Shown here piece by piece: positions 52,176-64,000 of a DNA stretch of 64,000 bases. This DNA comes from Lingula anatina (taxonomy: Eukaryota > Animalia > Brachiopoda): the NCBI GenBank assembly GCA_051362555.1, contig CM120640.1:34367967-34431966 (forward strand), given 5' to 3'. Each line of letters starts with the position of its first letter. Position 1 is the stretch's first letter. A model generated the notes under the pieces. That model made no database searches and had not been told where the DNA came from. It was given only the letters and a program-made list of their open reading frames with translations. The translations under genes were made by a program, and so were the position numbers.

Positions 52176-54520
52176 TAAATAATTATCCCAACTTGAAACT
52201 TCACTTAAACTTCAGATTAGCTGCAAACTCTGCATTTTCATGTGTTGTCGCTCTGCTGCCCAGCTCTAAACTGATGTGATCATAAGCCAGCCACTCACTA
52301 AGAGGAATCCCCCCTTCCCACTATAATAACACATATGTTAGTAAAACAAAGGACTTAATTCCTTTACTGCAAGTGGACAAAGCCCCCTAACACTGGGGTG
52401 AACAATACCCAGGAAATCACACCTCTAGATATGTGATCGTGGGCACCTGAGCCCTTGCAAGTGATAGTCCTTTTAACAGACTGCAGCTGCGTAATTGTTG
52501 TGTGTTTACTTCATTTCAAATGAAATGTCCAGAAAAGACGATTGTTGTTTATTACCTTTTTCCGTTTAATTAAATGCGATAGTAGTTATGTCTTCAATGC
52601 CCTTTCCGATCAAGTCAAGACGGTAATAGCTATTTTAGTTAGTTATAACTTACATTGACAATGTTTCAATCGTGGGTAACAATTCGCTTAATAAGAGGAA
52701 AGCCCGTGGATTTTAAATTATAATAGTTTATTGCAAAAATAACCATTAAAATGCAGTGGGAATTATATGTTTATAATATAATGCAACCTCCTACATCAAA
52801 TTATATTTCACAATTGAATAGTAATCTTATAGTAATGCATTGTTTTGTACATTCAATGTACTCACCCACTAAACAATAGTGAATACTATTAAAGGGTTTG
52901 CTTCATGCCGTCAGAATGGCCTGAACGGAACATATTCTTCAGAAAACATGCCCAACTAACGATATCTTTATCCAAATACACAAATTAAAAGCTCATTTTG
53001 TAAATTTTTGGCTTTAAAAAACGTCCTATTTGCTCGGCCTGGGAGTTAATGAGCTATGTGGTCACGTGGTCCAATGACGACAATCGAGCCACTGGAGAAC
53101 AGAGCGTGCTTAGCTGTCAAACTGAGCTGCATTGTCCACCTGTAAGATGACTTCTCTGGCTTCTGATAAAAGTTTATACTCATTCAAATCTCTTACCCGA
53201 GGGGTCTAAATCCTCGTGAAGCTGTGTAAAACCTGTGTAAAGTCATTTCTTTAACAAGCATTTCATTATGGTTATCCCAAGTTGTATAAAACACTGCATT
53301 TGAATGAGTTAAGGGAAATGTTGATTATTCCATATGAGGTCCATGTTATTTGTGAAATTCAATTTATTTTATTAAACCGCTGACACTACGTCTTGCATAC
53401 TTCTATTAAACTGAGGTAAACAATGCCTGTTACCTTTACAAGTCCTATCTTAATCATCCATCTACCTGGAACTTCCTTTACCTCTTAATTAGAGGGTTAA
53501 ATGGCATTCAATTTGTCTTGCTTGTATCGAACGCACTCTCTATCTAAGCTTTACTCCAGTTATCTCAGGTAAAAATCTACCTGTGCGTTAGTTACAAAGC
53601 GCAGCTCCCGTAGACCTGGGGGTACTAGATAAAATCTGAACACCAGGTTTATCGAGGAGCTAGAGAAAGAAAGGAAGAATTTTTCCTGCACAACTTCATA
53701 GGAATTTTAACACGGACTTAATCCAGCTTAGACCTCCAAACTAACAGGGTGACATGGGCAATTTTCACAAACAAATCATAAAACTATATTTCAGTTAACC
53801 GCCTTTAAAATAAATATACCGTTCTGGGTAAATTAAAATAGTTATTAAATCGCAAGAATATTTTTGACTTAAATGATGATTTTATTATTAATGGAAATTA
53901 AGCTACTATATGAGGTACATTTGCTGTGATTACGCTGTCCTTCATGTTTTGCGTAAGTCTACATTTTGCTGTATGTGCTTGTAATCTTTTTAAATATGTG
54001 CGTACAATTTTTGCAGGTCTGGTTACCCCCCTGTTATGTGATGAGAGTATTAATTTGGCAATTAGTTCCTTAGCTTATTTGAATAGAATTGCAGTGTAAA
54101 ATTTTCAACAAGATGTTGGCGAAGTAGCCCATTACTCTTTGTAGGTATTTCCCCCGTCAAAGTTTGTCTAAAATTATCTTTCAATCTTTACTCTTTCAAA
54201 GACAGTATAAAGTTACCTGACATATTTTCGTGTAAACTTAATGACAAGCCAAGTGTCTCCAGTTCATTCCGTACTCAATTTTACCCAAGCAAATTTTTTT
54301 CTTGAGTAGATCTTTATAGCACGGTGTTAAAAGCTTACAAATTTGCAAAAAAAAAATTGCGTACTGACGCAGAATTTGCGTTTCAAGTTATAAAATAATC
54401 AATCTTTTAAATTATTTAATATTTCAGATGAAATAATCTTCAGAAACAAATCCTCAAAGCATAAACGAATTAGGATAACGAACATTTTTATTATAGCAGT
54501 TCCCATTTTTTCTTTAATAT

Positions 54521-54688
54521 CAGGGGCGGATTTAGGGCGTCTTCTGGGTCGTCCGGAAGACGGTCAGATTTTCAAGTTTACATTGGCGGGTATCTAATTT
54601 TTTCTGTCGGAAGACGGTCAAAAATGAAGAACGAATCAACAAAGATAATTTGGAAGACTGTCAGGAAATATCTCTGGATCCGCCCCTG
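54521..54688. mobile_element. 168-bp MITE
   Basis: TIRs caggggcggat / atccgcccctg, AATAT on both flanks and internal ggaagacggtca repeats. Confidence 0.8.
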
Positions 54689-56169
54689 AATATAACGCTC
54701 TTTTTCCTGTTTTTCCTCAACACGTTTTCTTCCACGGAAGCTTCAAGATACCCTGAGAGCAATTTCTTTTATTTATGTTCGCGACCGTGTTTGAACTTAA
54801 TTGTTTAAGTATTGATATTTAACGTCATTTACAAATACCAATAAAATAACCCCATGAAATAAATGAGATATATTGAAAAATATGAAAGCCTACCAAGACG
54901 AGTTTCATACCTGTTATTACCTGGCTTGGGAATTGCAGCGGTGCATAATTAACAGGTTTGTTGTAAACGAGCTTTTGGTCAACTACAAAGCATTTAAAAT
55001 GCATCAGCAATCAGTAAGTTTGCCAACTGATGACAGTTAATCTGAAAGACTACCAGCTCTTGATATGATCTAAACCACCTGAGGTGACCATGATCTAGAG
55101 CATCGCAACTATTGTCACCGAAGTTATAAGTCACGGAAGACCGTCACAGACAAAGAAAGATTGTCAAAGAGAGCTGCAATTTTGGTGAATCCCACGGCAA
55201 CACACCGAGGCAAAATTCCTCAACTCCGTTCAACACAACTTTCCTTAACTTCTACGTCTGTATAGTATGCACCATGCAGCTCAGTTGAGTCTCATAGACC
55301 TTTATCGTGATTGTCGTCACAGTACCACGTGGCCCAGATCTGTTGCTTCATTTTTGCATATTGAGGTGAGGTTTACTAAAACGCTTTTTTTCTACTAATA
55401 GATTGTTTTTGTAATTTTTAAATGGCGGGGATCGATTAAAACATACCTCTAGTGTATAGATTGAGTGCTGTATCTTCAAAATTCGAGAAATGGATTTTTA
55501 CATGAACATTGTCCTTTAATATTAAGACCAAGTTAATAAAGAGACACCACAATCAAATGCAGCTTTCCAGAACTCAATCTAAGCATAGAAGTAGAGAAGC
55601 CAGGCACATTACGGAATATCAAAGATTCATAGGTAGCCAAAGGAAAATGTTTCCGTTTTTCTTTACAGTGAAATCCCTTCACAGAAATTACCTGTGACCA
55701 AATGCATGACAAATTATACATCTTCTAGAATTCACATAGAGAAACCAAGGAAATACAACAACAGTGATGAGCAGAAAAAATTAATCAAACGATAGGAAAA
55801 GATGTGAAAGGGAATGTTAAAATCAATATACAATTTCTATGCTGATGGATTTTACTAGTATTTACAAACAAGTTTAGAAACTAATCATTGAACAGAAAAT
55901 TGCAATAAGTTCAGCTGTCCTTCACGCAGCATAAAATGAAGACTTTAACAATCAATGTTCCAAGCTATAATTCAGGGAAAAAATTTTTAAACCGAACAAA
56001 ATTGTGAAGGGAGCGCGACCGAATTTTTCTGTACCGAAGTGAGGGCATTTTACTTGTGATCCCAGAAAGCATACTGGTAGACTAGCACGTAAATGCTGTT
56101 GCCGACTCTTAAAGAGGTAGTGAACCTTCGGGCTGGTCAAAGCTTGGTTTTGGCGAAGCATAGTTATAT

Positions 56170-56513
56170 CAAAAAATATCCATATGTCGGCAACTATTGA
56201 ATAGAAGAAATTGAAATTTTGCGTGCAAGCGGTCAGTTTTTTCAGTGAGTAAAATGGGCTAAGCTTAAATGAGCTAACATCGTTAATCTGTCAGAATGGT
56301 GCGAAAAAACAGCTATTTCGAGACAGATTATTGTGTCACACGGAATGGCCCGCAAAGTTCTATGTCCAGACTGATGTACCTATACACAGGAAAACTTCCA
56401 GTGTATCTAAATCTTACCACCAGGGTACAGAACTCACTGGCCTTCCGGATATGCTGCTGTAACTAAACAAAAACCACCCAGTCCGTTCAGAATGAGGGGC
56501 ATATTGCCACCAG
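56170..56513 (+). mobile_element. 5' fragment of a Tc1-like element, truncated at the segment Y junction
   Basis: Inverted homology to ~28840-29180 (atccatatgtcggcaacta, atggtgcgaaaa, cagggtacag..., cagaatgaggggc). Confidence 0.65.
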
Positions 56514-57224
56514 TCCTCCTTTTGAAACATCTGTAGTAAATCCAAATTATTCTGAGTCAAGTAAAATGAACAAAATTGGAAGAATCTTATCCGGTGGTTA
56601 TAGCAACATCTCCACGTAAAAACCGCATTTATGATGTAGATTAATTGTTACGTTGCTGACGTTGCGCTTTGCAAGACGGTCCAAAAGAGACAAGGGTTTT
56701 GCATAAATTTGCTAAAAAAATCTTATGCACAATTAAAATTTATGGATAGCAATATTTTTCTGATGAATTTCTTTACACCGAAGGAGAACAATGGTATGTC
56801 TTAATAAGAGTTCACATTAATTACTTAGGTTATAGGCCAAAAGAAAATATATGAAATGAGACTGCGTATCCTTATCATAATAAAGAAAATGTTGAAAGCC
56901 ATCGACTATAGCACTGCTTTGCAATTAAAATGAGATGCTACAATGAAAGCAATCATTTTCAGGATGCTACATTCCAGTATTAGCCAATTTTTTAATTTAA
57001 TTTGATGATTCGAACACTTATTAGACGCAGGCTCTACATTTTAAAGTCAGAGAGAGAAAGAGAGAGGAGGGGGGAGAGAGAGAATTTGCATTTCCATTCG
57101 TTTGCCTTATTATTATTTTTTTACTCTGACGTAGGTCTACATGCAATTTTAAAATGTTTACGATTTTGACTTAGATCTAATCCAACATCGAATCACACTG
57201 AAAGCAATATTGGAAGATTTTATC

Positions 57225-57779
57225 CGCAACGTTACTCAATGTGACGTCGATGCGTTACGTCTCAGTCTATATTCGTTACGTCGCATGTGTTACGTTTGGC
57301 AGTTAGCCTATGTCATTGGCTAGTTGCCAAATGCTGACGTCAGTTGGTGACGTTCTTGGCATATTGACAGTTTCTTTTGTTTTGGCAACAGACCTAAGCA
57401 CGTCATTTTTCAAAAAATTTGAAACTCGGTGGAACATGGAATCAACTTGTCTATAGATGGTCGAAAAAGAGATTTTTATCTCATCAAATTATTTTTATTG
57501 TCTAACCTATTTTTCATTTGATGAACATGTGCAAAATTAATAGTAAATCCAAACACTACTTTGTTTTTCGGATATCGTCAAGACAACCGACAGATCATTA
57601 CGCCATAGTATATAAAGCGAGCACGCTACACGAGCGTCAGTTGACAACGAGCTTGCACAGTGAGCAGACTTACGTCACTTCACAGCGAATTTCTCAGCAT
57701 TTTCGACTGTCAGTAGCCTCAGGCTTTCACCTTTTCTACATTATTTTACCACTGTATCTTGAAAAAGATATTGGTGAGT
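57225..57779 (+). promoter_or_regulatory. Promoter and non-coding exon 1 of the orphan gene, copy Y
   Basis: TGACGTCA at 57335, TATATAAA at 57609, Inr TCAGTT with A at 57639 and donor GTGAGT at 57774. Confidence 0.7.
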
Positions 57780-57945
57780 CTTCTGCATATTATCTATTCA
57801 AAATTGCAATTTTAAGAAATCCTTTTTTTAAGGTTTTGGGCATTTCACTTTTTAAACTATATTTTTGAAAAAAAAGAACATAGGCCTAGGTCTATCTATC
57901 GAAAACACTTTTGTAGAATTATGCATCAAATCTACTTTTATACGT

Positions 57946-57976
<31 letters not shown>

Positions 57977-58193
57977 TTATGTAAAACATATTTTCTTTTC
58001 AACGAAAGTAGACCTAGCTGTAGTTCGGCCACGTTTCTAAAGAAATGTTTTTTTTTTGCTGAGAACTTAATAAAAATTCCTACAATTATCCCCATGCTAC
58101 ACCTCAGATGCATGCTTCTGTACACTGACTATGACTTAAAATTCTACACACACCCAGTTATGTACAACAAAAACAATTTTGCTCCTTTCAGAA

Positions 58194-58844
58194 ATGTGTA
58201 GTACAACTGTGTCCACACGTAGTGGAGTCCACTACCACGCATATTATTGCCCATGTGGATGTGGTGGCATCTTTAGAACCAAAACTAAGGTACCAAATAC
58301 AGTGTTAGCCACTATGGCTTCAACGCTGTTTACCTTTGCCATGAATACACTTAAGAATGTCTTTGGAAGCACCACTTTTAAGTCTAGAATCCCTATAGCA
58401 GTTAACGGGTGTCTCCGTTCTACTGAGAGGGCACACTGCCCAGCGGTTGTAATCCAAAGAATACCTAAACCTAGTCGTATTCCTGTTGCTACTAAAGCTT
58501 TGTATGGTGGTGGTGAGGGGAGAAACGAAAGGGGGGAAATTATTGTGGCTGATCCTCTGTGGAGGATGAGGGGTAGGCGTGCTCGTAAAACACCTATGCC
58601 TAGATCTCTTCTGCGTTCTCCTTGGCACCCTATTAGCTCTAGGCACACTTCAAGAAGTGTTGCCGATGCTTTGAGGAAGACAGAGCTACATGGTCGCTCT
58701 AAGTTTTGTGGTGATGAGTTTACTCCTTGTAGTCGCAATGTAAGAGTTAAAAACAACGCATTGGTATCAGAAGTGATACGCACTTCTACAAGGCGTTCAT
58801 CGTTAACTGGCTCTGTATTGAGAATGTTCTGTTTGGGGTGGTAG
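58194..58844 (+). CDS. Orphan basic 216-aa SxIP-motif protein, copy Y
   Basis: Same 651-nt frame; I count 6 substitutions versus copy X and no indels. Confidence 0.7.
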   Translation: MCSTTVSTRSGVHYHAYYCPCGCGGIFRTKTKVPNTVLATMASTLFTFAMNTLKNVFGSTTFKSRIPIAVNGCLRSTERAHCPAVVIQRIPKPSRIPVATKALYGGGEGRNERGEIIVADPLWRMRGRRARKTPMPRSLLRSPWHPISSRHTSRSVADALRKTELHGRSKFCGDEFTPCSRNVRVKNNALVSEVIRTSTRRSSLTGSVLRMFCLGW

Positions 58845-59941
58845 CTCAGTACTTGTGTCCCTAATTGTATATATTTCATATTGTTTATGATATGGCATTC
58901 AGTTCTTCAGATAGCATCTGCAAATTTTCACTGTTAATTTTAATATTTTTTGCATTCTATACAGAAGTATTTCTTACAACCTTTTTACAACCTGATTTAC
59001 ATTGAATACCACTTGCTTTGTAAGCACTGTGATGACTGTGTGGAAGATACGAAGTTAAGATAATTTCAAATTAATATTCAATTCGTTTTGGACACTTTGG
59101 GTAAAAATTCAACTATTTTAATCATAAAGATAAAAATAACGTAAATTTAACAAAACAAAACGAAATTTCTTTGCTTATAGTTATTTTAGATGAAATCCAT
59201 AAAACCCGTTTGTTTTAAATAGTTCACATTTTTCATGAGTGTAATCAGTACATAAAAATAATTTTGTCTCATCATGCAAGCAATTTTAATGATAATATTT
59301 TTGCAGTATTTATGTTATATCTGGTTGTCATTTATTCATTAGAACATCTCTGAGGAGAATCATGTTCTTGTTGGTGCTGGCCACACTGACAGGAACATTT
59401 GGAAAGTTCATGATCAACCCTTATTGATTTTGGCCAAATCTGTAAGGTCATTGATCATGATCTTTTCACCATAGCATGTGTTTGTGTTGATGTAGGGCCC
59501 CATCAACACCAACACTGCTATATTCCTCTGAAAGTGTGAGTATATAGATAAACCATCACCAGTTATTTCATTTTTGCTGCAGAAAAGTTTTGTCATCTCA
59601 ATACTTGTGTAGGAAATTTCTTTATAATAGGAAAAACTAATCAATGTTTGAAGGATAAGATGCTTTCTAAAAGTTTATTTTTTAAAAACTTTACTTTGCT
59701 ATGACAGGGTGATATCCTCTATTTTCAATATAATTCTAAATTTTGTCATTTTCTGATGTATCTTCCACGCAGTCATTCCCTTTCAACTTGTACATATATG
59801 CAGTCGTGTTAATAAAGAAAGTATTACATTTAAACAAAAGTCCTTGTCAATTTTGATGTAAAATCATAGTTAAATAAGAAATAAAAAACTTTTTTTATCC
59901 ACTACATCTTGTCGTTGTTGTTGTTGTTGTTTTTGTTTTTG

Positions 59942-59992
<51 letters not shown>

Positions 59993-60226
59993 CAATGGTT
60001 AATAATTTAAATCAACCTTATTATTATTAATATTTTTGGCACTGCATAGTGAATGATAAAGTATAACTGTTCGGAAAATGAATATATCGTCAATAAAGAG
60101 TTTAATTTTAGTTTAGTTTTATATGTAGAATACATTTTTAAGTAAAAAAAAGATATTGTGTATTTGCAGTTTGGATCTCCCACGACCATATTGTTTTTTT
60201 TTTGTTTTTTTTTGCACCCCTTGACA

Positions 60227-60227
<1 letters not shown>

Positions 60228-60302
<75 letters not shown>
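60228..60302. repeat. (CT)n microsatellite (another at 59943-59988)
   Basis: Direct reading. Confidence 0.95.
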
Positions 60303-60304
<2 letters not shown>

Positions 60305-60897
60305 GACGCATAAAAAACACAAGATATAGTAATAAAATATATTTATTTAGAGTCTAAAATAAATAAAAATTTGTTCCGTAGACGTTTCAAATACAAAAAC
60401 AACCCAAATACAATTAAAACACGAAGTCGAAACGATTAATTTAGATTAAAAAGTAATGGTGTTAAGAGCGGTGTCCCTAAATTGCGAAAAACACCGCAAT
60501 ACAGCGCAACACAGCACAACAACATTTACCTTCAAAATAAATCACCCCGGCAACCATTATTGTACGGAGGAGCAGAATGAAATACACTGGTGTTAGACAA
60601 AATGACGTAGAAATACAGCTGCTTAACTAGCTGTTTTAAACAGGCTTTCCACTTTTGGGTCTGTTTTATATCTGCTAGTAGTCCTGTGGAAATGATTGCA
60701 ACAACTTGTTGCCAATGAGCACTGATAATGAAACTAACAGCAAAAAGGAACACCATCTGAATGATTTAAATCTATATAAGTGGCATAATGATGGTTTTGC
60801 CATACAAGTGAACATTGTTCGTTGTGGCGTTGTAGGACAATATATAGGATCAACTGCCATGACTGCAGTTCCTTTAACATTGGTGAGACGTAGACAG

Positions 60898-61049
60898 GGT
60901 TCCGTAACTCGAAAGCATCGCGTTTTGCGAATAGCGATATCACATAGAGGCCACGATATATTATATGGGACGAGTATGGTATGGGCGAGTAATGGAATCG
61001 AGACGCTTGCGCTCGGTCGCAATTCGCGATGCTTTCGAGTTACGGGGCC
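60898..61049. mobile_element. ~150-bp MITE inserted in the GIY-YIG relic of segment Y only
   Basis: TIRs ccgtaactcgaaagcatcgcg / cgcgatgctttcgagttacgg at a CAG site; absent from segment X. Confidence 0.85.
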
Positions 61050-62209
61050 AGGGTTAGTGAACACAGAAAATCAGTGACTGTAGGCAATACCAGCTCTGCC
61101 ATTTCTGAACATGTTATAATACGTATGTGAACATGTGATAGACACTGGCCACAGAATCAACTGGAATTCAACCAAGATCCTTGGATCCGAGTCATCTGAA
61201 ACACTGCGAGAGGCTACATGTATTAACACCAGCCGTCACCAGCCACCCATGAATAGAGACGGGGGGTCGATCTAAATGGCATTTATAAAAGGGTCATGGC
61301 TGATATACCACCAAACGGTCAGAGAGCGTCAATATCTGCTCACATCTGTCTGACGAAGGCTTACGTCCAGTTTGAGCAAACGGTATGAGAGTATTTCGGC
61401 TTGTGTTTGACAATTTTCATTAATTAAACCAACTACCATGCTAATGAACATTTTTACTCAAGAATGAACATATTCTCAACAAAAATGAGACAAAAGTACT
61501 TCATTAGGCACAGTACTAAACTTAAGCGGGGGATAACGGTTGAAAGAAAATGTAAATTTGACATTGCTTTTCTGCAATTAAATTATCAATTTTAACCACA
61601 ACACTGCATGGAAAATATTGATAATGTTTGGATTTGATTGACACAGCTTCTAGCTTCCAACCTCACAAAATCACAAAGAGTCATTATAATTTTAGTGGTG
61701 TTTTACATGATTGATGAAATGCCAAATTCAGCAATTTCGTTACACCTTTGGGAATGAAATAAGCACAGCACCGGAGCTCTGGTGCGTGTATGCTGTACTA
61801 GTGAATAAAAATGATAAATTAATGAAACATCTGATTTTATTATACATTCTTATTAAAATTGTACAGATATATTAAATTGTACATTACTAGTCAACTAATA
61901 AACTGTTTTTCAATAACCTTCTTGGGTATAACTGTATAAAGGCCCATTTATAACAATGGATAAAATAGGACTTCAAATATTTATAAGACAAATATTTGGC
62001 TTTTATAGTTTCAACAGATTTGAAACATATTTATCTTTCCAAGTGAAACATTATCTCAAAAACATTATAAATAAAAATACTTTTACAACGTACAGCAATG
62101 ACTCAATATTTTCAATGGACAAATTTTATCTATTTTCAGACAAATATTGTGTGTGGTGTAAGTTTTTCCTTCGCATACCATCATTTTTCGAACATATCTC
62201 AACAGTTTT

Positions 62210-62390
62210 CTGATGTACTCCATCCAAGCTCCTTGGCGCTGAGCCACTGTGGTCACTCGCACATTGAAGTTTGTAATATTCAACGTGTCATTGGGTATTT
62301 TTGAGAGCATCAATTGTTTCGGGATTGCTGTCATAGACATTGTCCTTTGGGTATCCCCACAGAAAACAGTCGAAAGGGGATAGGTCTTGA
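62210..62390 (-). mobile_element. Mariner/Tc1-superfamily transposase C-terminal fragment
   Basis: DLSPFDCFLWGYPKDNVYDSNPETIDALKN, then after a frameshift NFNVRV...QGAWMEYI. Confidence 0.7.
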
Positions 62391-64000
62391 AAATGAGCAG
62401 GTTAAGTCGGGCCGTACAAAGGGAGACCTTTGGAATTTTTTTTGTTTGTTGTGGTGTTACGTTTAGAATAAATAATGATAAAAAATCTAGCAGTAATTTC
62501 AAAACACTGCCGATAAGAAACTTAGTGGCTGATTTAGAGGGGGGTCAGGGGCGTCCTGACTCCCTTCAAATAATCCTGGATCCGCCACTGGCGTTTACAT
62601 TTCTCGTTGCAATGCATAAGCATAGGCAAGCCAAAGCTTTAGTCGTCAATTTAACACCTTTCTATTTTGAGGTGAGATAGCAATCGGTATGTGGCGTAAC
62701 CTCATCCCTAAACAAGATTTTATCACAAAAATTGGCAGAGTTGACCGCAAGTGTATGGGCTTCAATCTCGTGTCGTCATTTTGGTGTAAACGTTTTTGTA
62801 ATGGAATTAGGAGGTCCTAATTACACGTTTTCGTTAAACAAAGGCTTTTTTCTTTATCAAAGATAAAATCTGAAGTTAAACTTTTTAGAAAAATCACTGG
62901 CAGAGTCTTGGCGTACAAAATGATGTTCTTAAATTGGCGTAAAAACAGTGTTCGTGGGTGTTCCATTTTTACCCCAAAATCGCAATTATGACGTCACCCG
63001 TAAGATGACATATGTGTAAGTGTTGATTTTAGTCACTGAACACTGAATATTTATCTGTTATCAAAAAAAAAAAAAAATGTATGTAAGGCAGTATATGCAA
63101 TTTTGCTGCAATATAGCTGCAAACTTTTCATTTTGTTAAGGGCTGGTGTGATTTACTGATTTTGATCAAAACTTGCTTTACCCTGTATCTTGCCTGCCTT
63201 GGTTGTTTTATTCAGGTCTATGAAGATATCAGTATATGGTATACATTTTTATTTGCAGAAACCGTTTTAAATTGACGCATACTACATAATGATTCTTAAC
63301 TTACTGGGTTCAATCGCATCCATTCTCTTCGTCTGTTGTTACGTACTGTATGTACCAGCAATACAGAAACAACATACTGATCATGTTTGCTATATGTGAG
63401 GAAAATTATCGCTGTTTAATCCTGCAAAATATCAATAGTTTTATTTATTTTTAATTTTTTTTAAATTCATTTTTTCAATCAAGTCTTTTTTCTTTGAAAA
63501 TGACAGCGTGTTTAAGATCGTTTACTCCTGCACTAATGGCTCAAGCCATGGTCTGTCGAGCTAAATCTTATCCCGGGGATGTACTACGATCAGTCGCGGG
63601 TCAATATTCATCCATCAAATAAAAATGTTCTCATGCGTCTCCAGTCAATATCGGTATTTAAATATTTTTGCTAGAGTCTTTAAGCTAGATGGAATATTGA
63701 GGGTGACCATCCGTATAATGATGATATGTGCGGTGTTAAAATTTCTCCGGCCATCAGCGCATAAAATGCCAAAACTTTCTCTGTTGTTTGTTCTTAGCGT
63801 AGTGTTGATAAAATTAGAACATTTAACGTCCAGCTGCTATCAGTACACAGTCAAAAACCACAATTCCTTGTTGATGAGGTTGACTTCGTTGCAACTTTGT
63901 CCGAAATAAACTCACTAAAGTTGTGAAAATTGCATCCTGTCTTCTCTAACACAATTCCCTCCCTCACCTCCCCCCCCCCCCCCACGTTCATTCATTCGTC

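Larger units (their letters stand above)
56516..61517 (+). repeat. Duplicated segment Y (homologous to 39701-44213)
   Basis: Collinear with X, with extra sequence at ~59990-60230 and 60898-61049. Confidence 0.95.

Noticed and set aside
63550-63930. Possible coding relic near the right edge
   Set aside because: No convincing motif in any frame.

Overview
AT-rich, intron-containing eukaryotic DNA, most likely a marine invertebrate (organism not determinable). Main contents: (1) A family of spliced SABATH-type (Methyltransf_7) SAM-dependent methyltransferase genes on the minus strand. One copy reconstructs as intact (46433-50530, 9 coding exons, ~404 aa), one carries a stop plus frameshift (7441-10545), and a third runs off the left edge; the two left copies belong to a ~10 kb-period tandem duplication. 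(2) A TATA/CRE promoter at ~14.6 kb facing a 6 kb modular 53-bp satellite, a ~120-bp tandem repeat, an exon-deleted unprocessed NOL10 pseudogene, an L1/Tx1 LINE split by a Harbinger element, and a second satellite block. (3) A duplicated ~4.5-5 kb segment (39.7-44.2 kb and 56.5-61.5 kb) carrying a two-exon, TATA/Inr/CRE-driven orphan gene for a basic 216-aa protein with tandem SxIP motifs, whose ORF is much more conserved between copies than its flanks. (4) Many TE relics: Tc1/mariner, DIRS-like, Penelope GIY-YIG and several MITE families. All gene models were built by eye from GT-AG sites and motif recall; no database searches were run.
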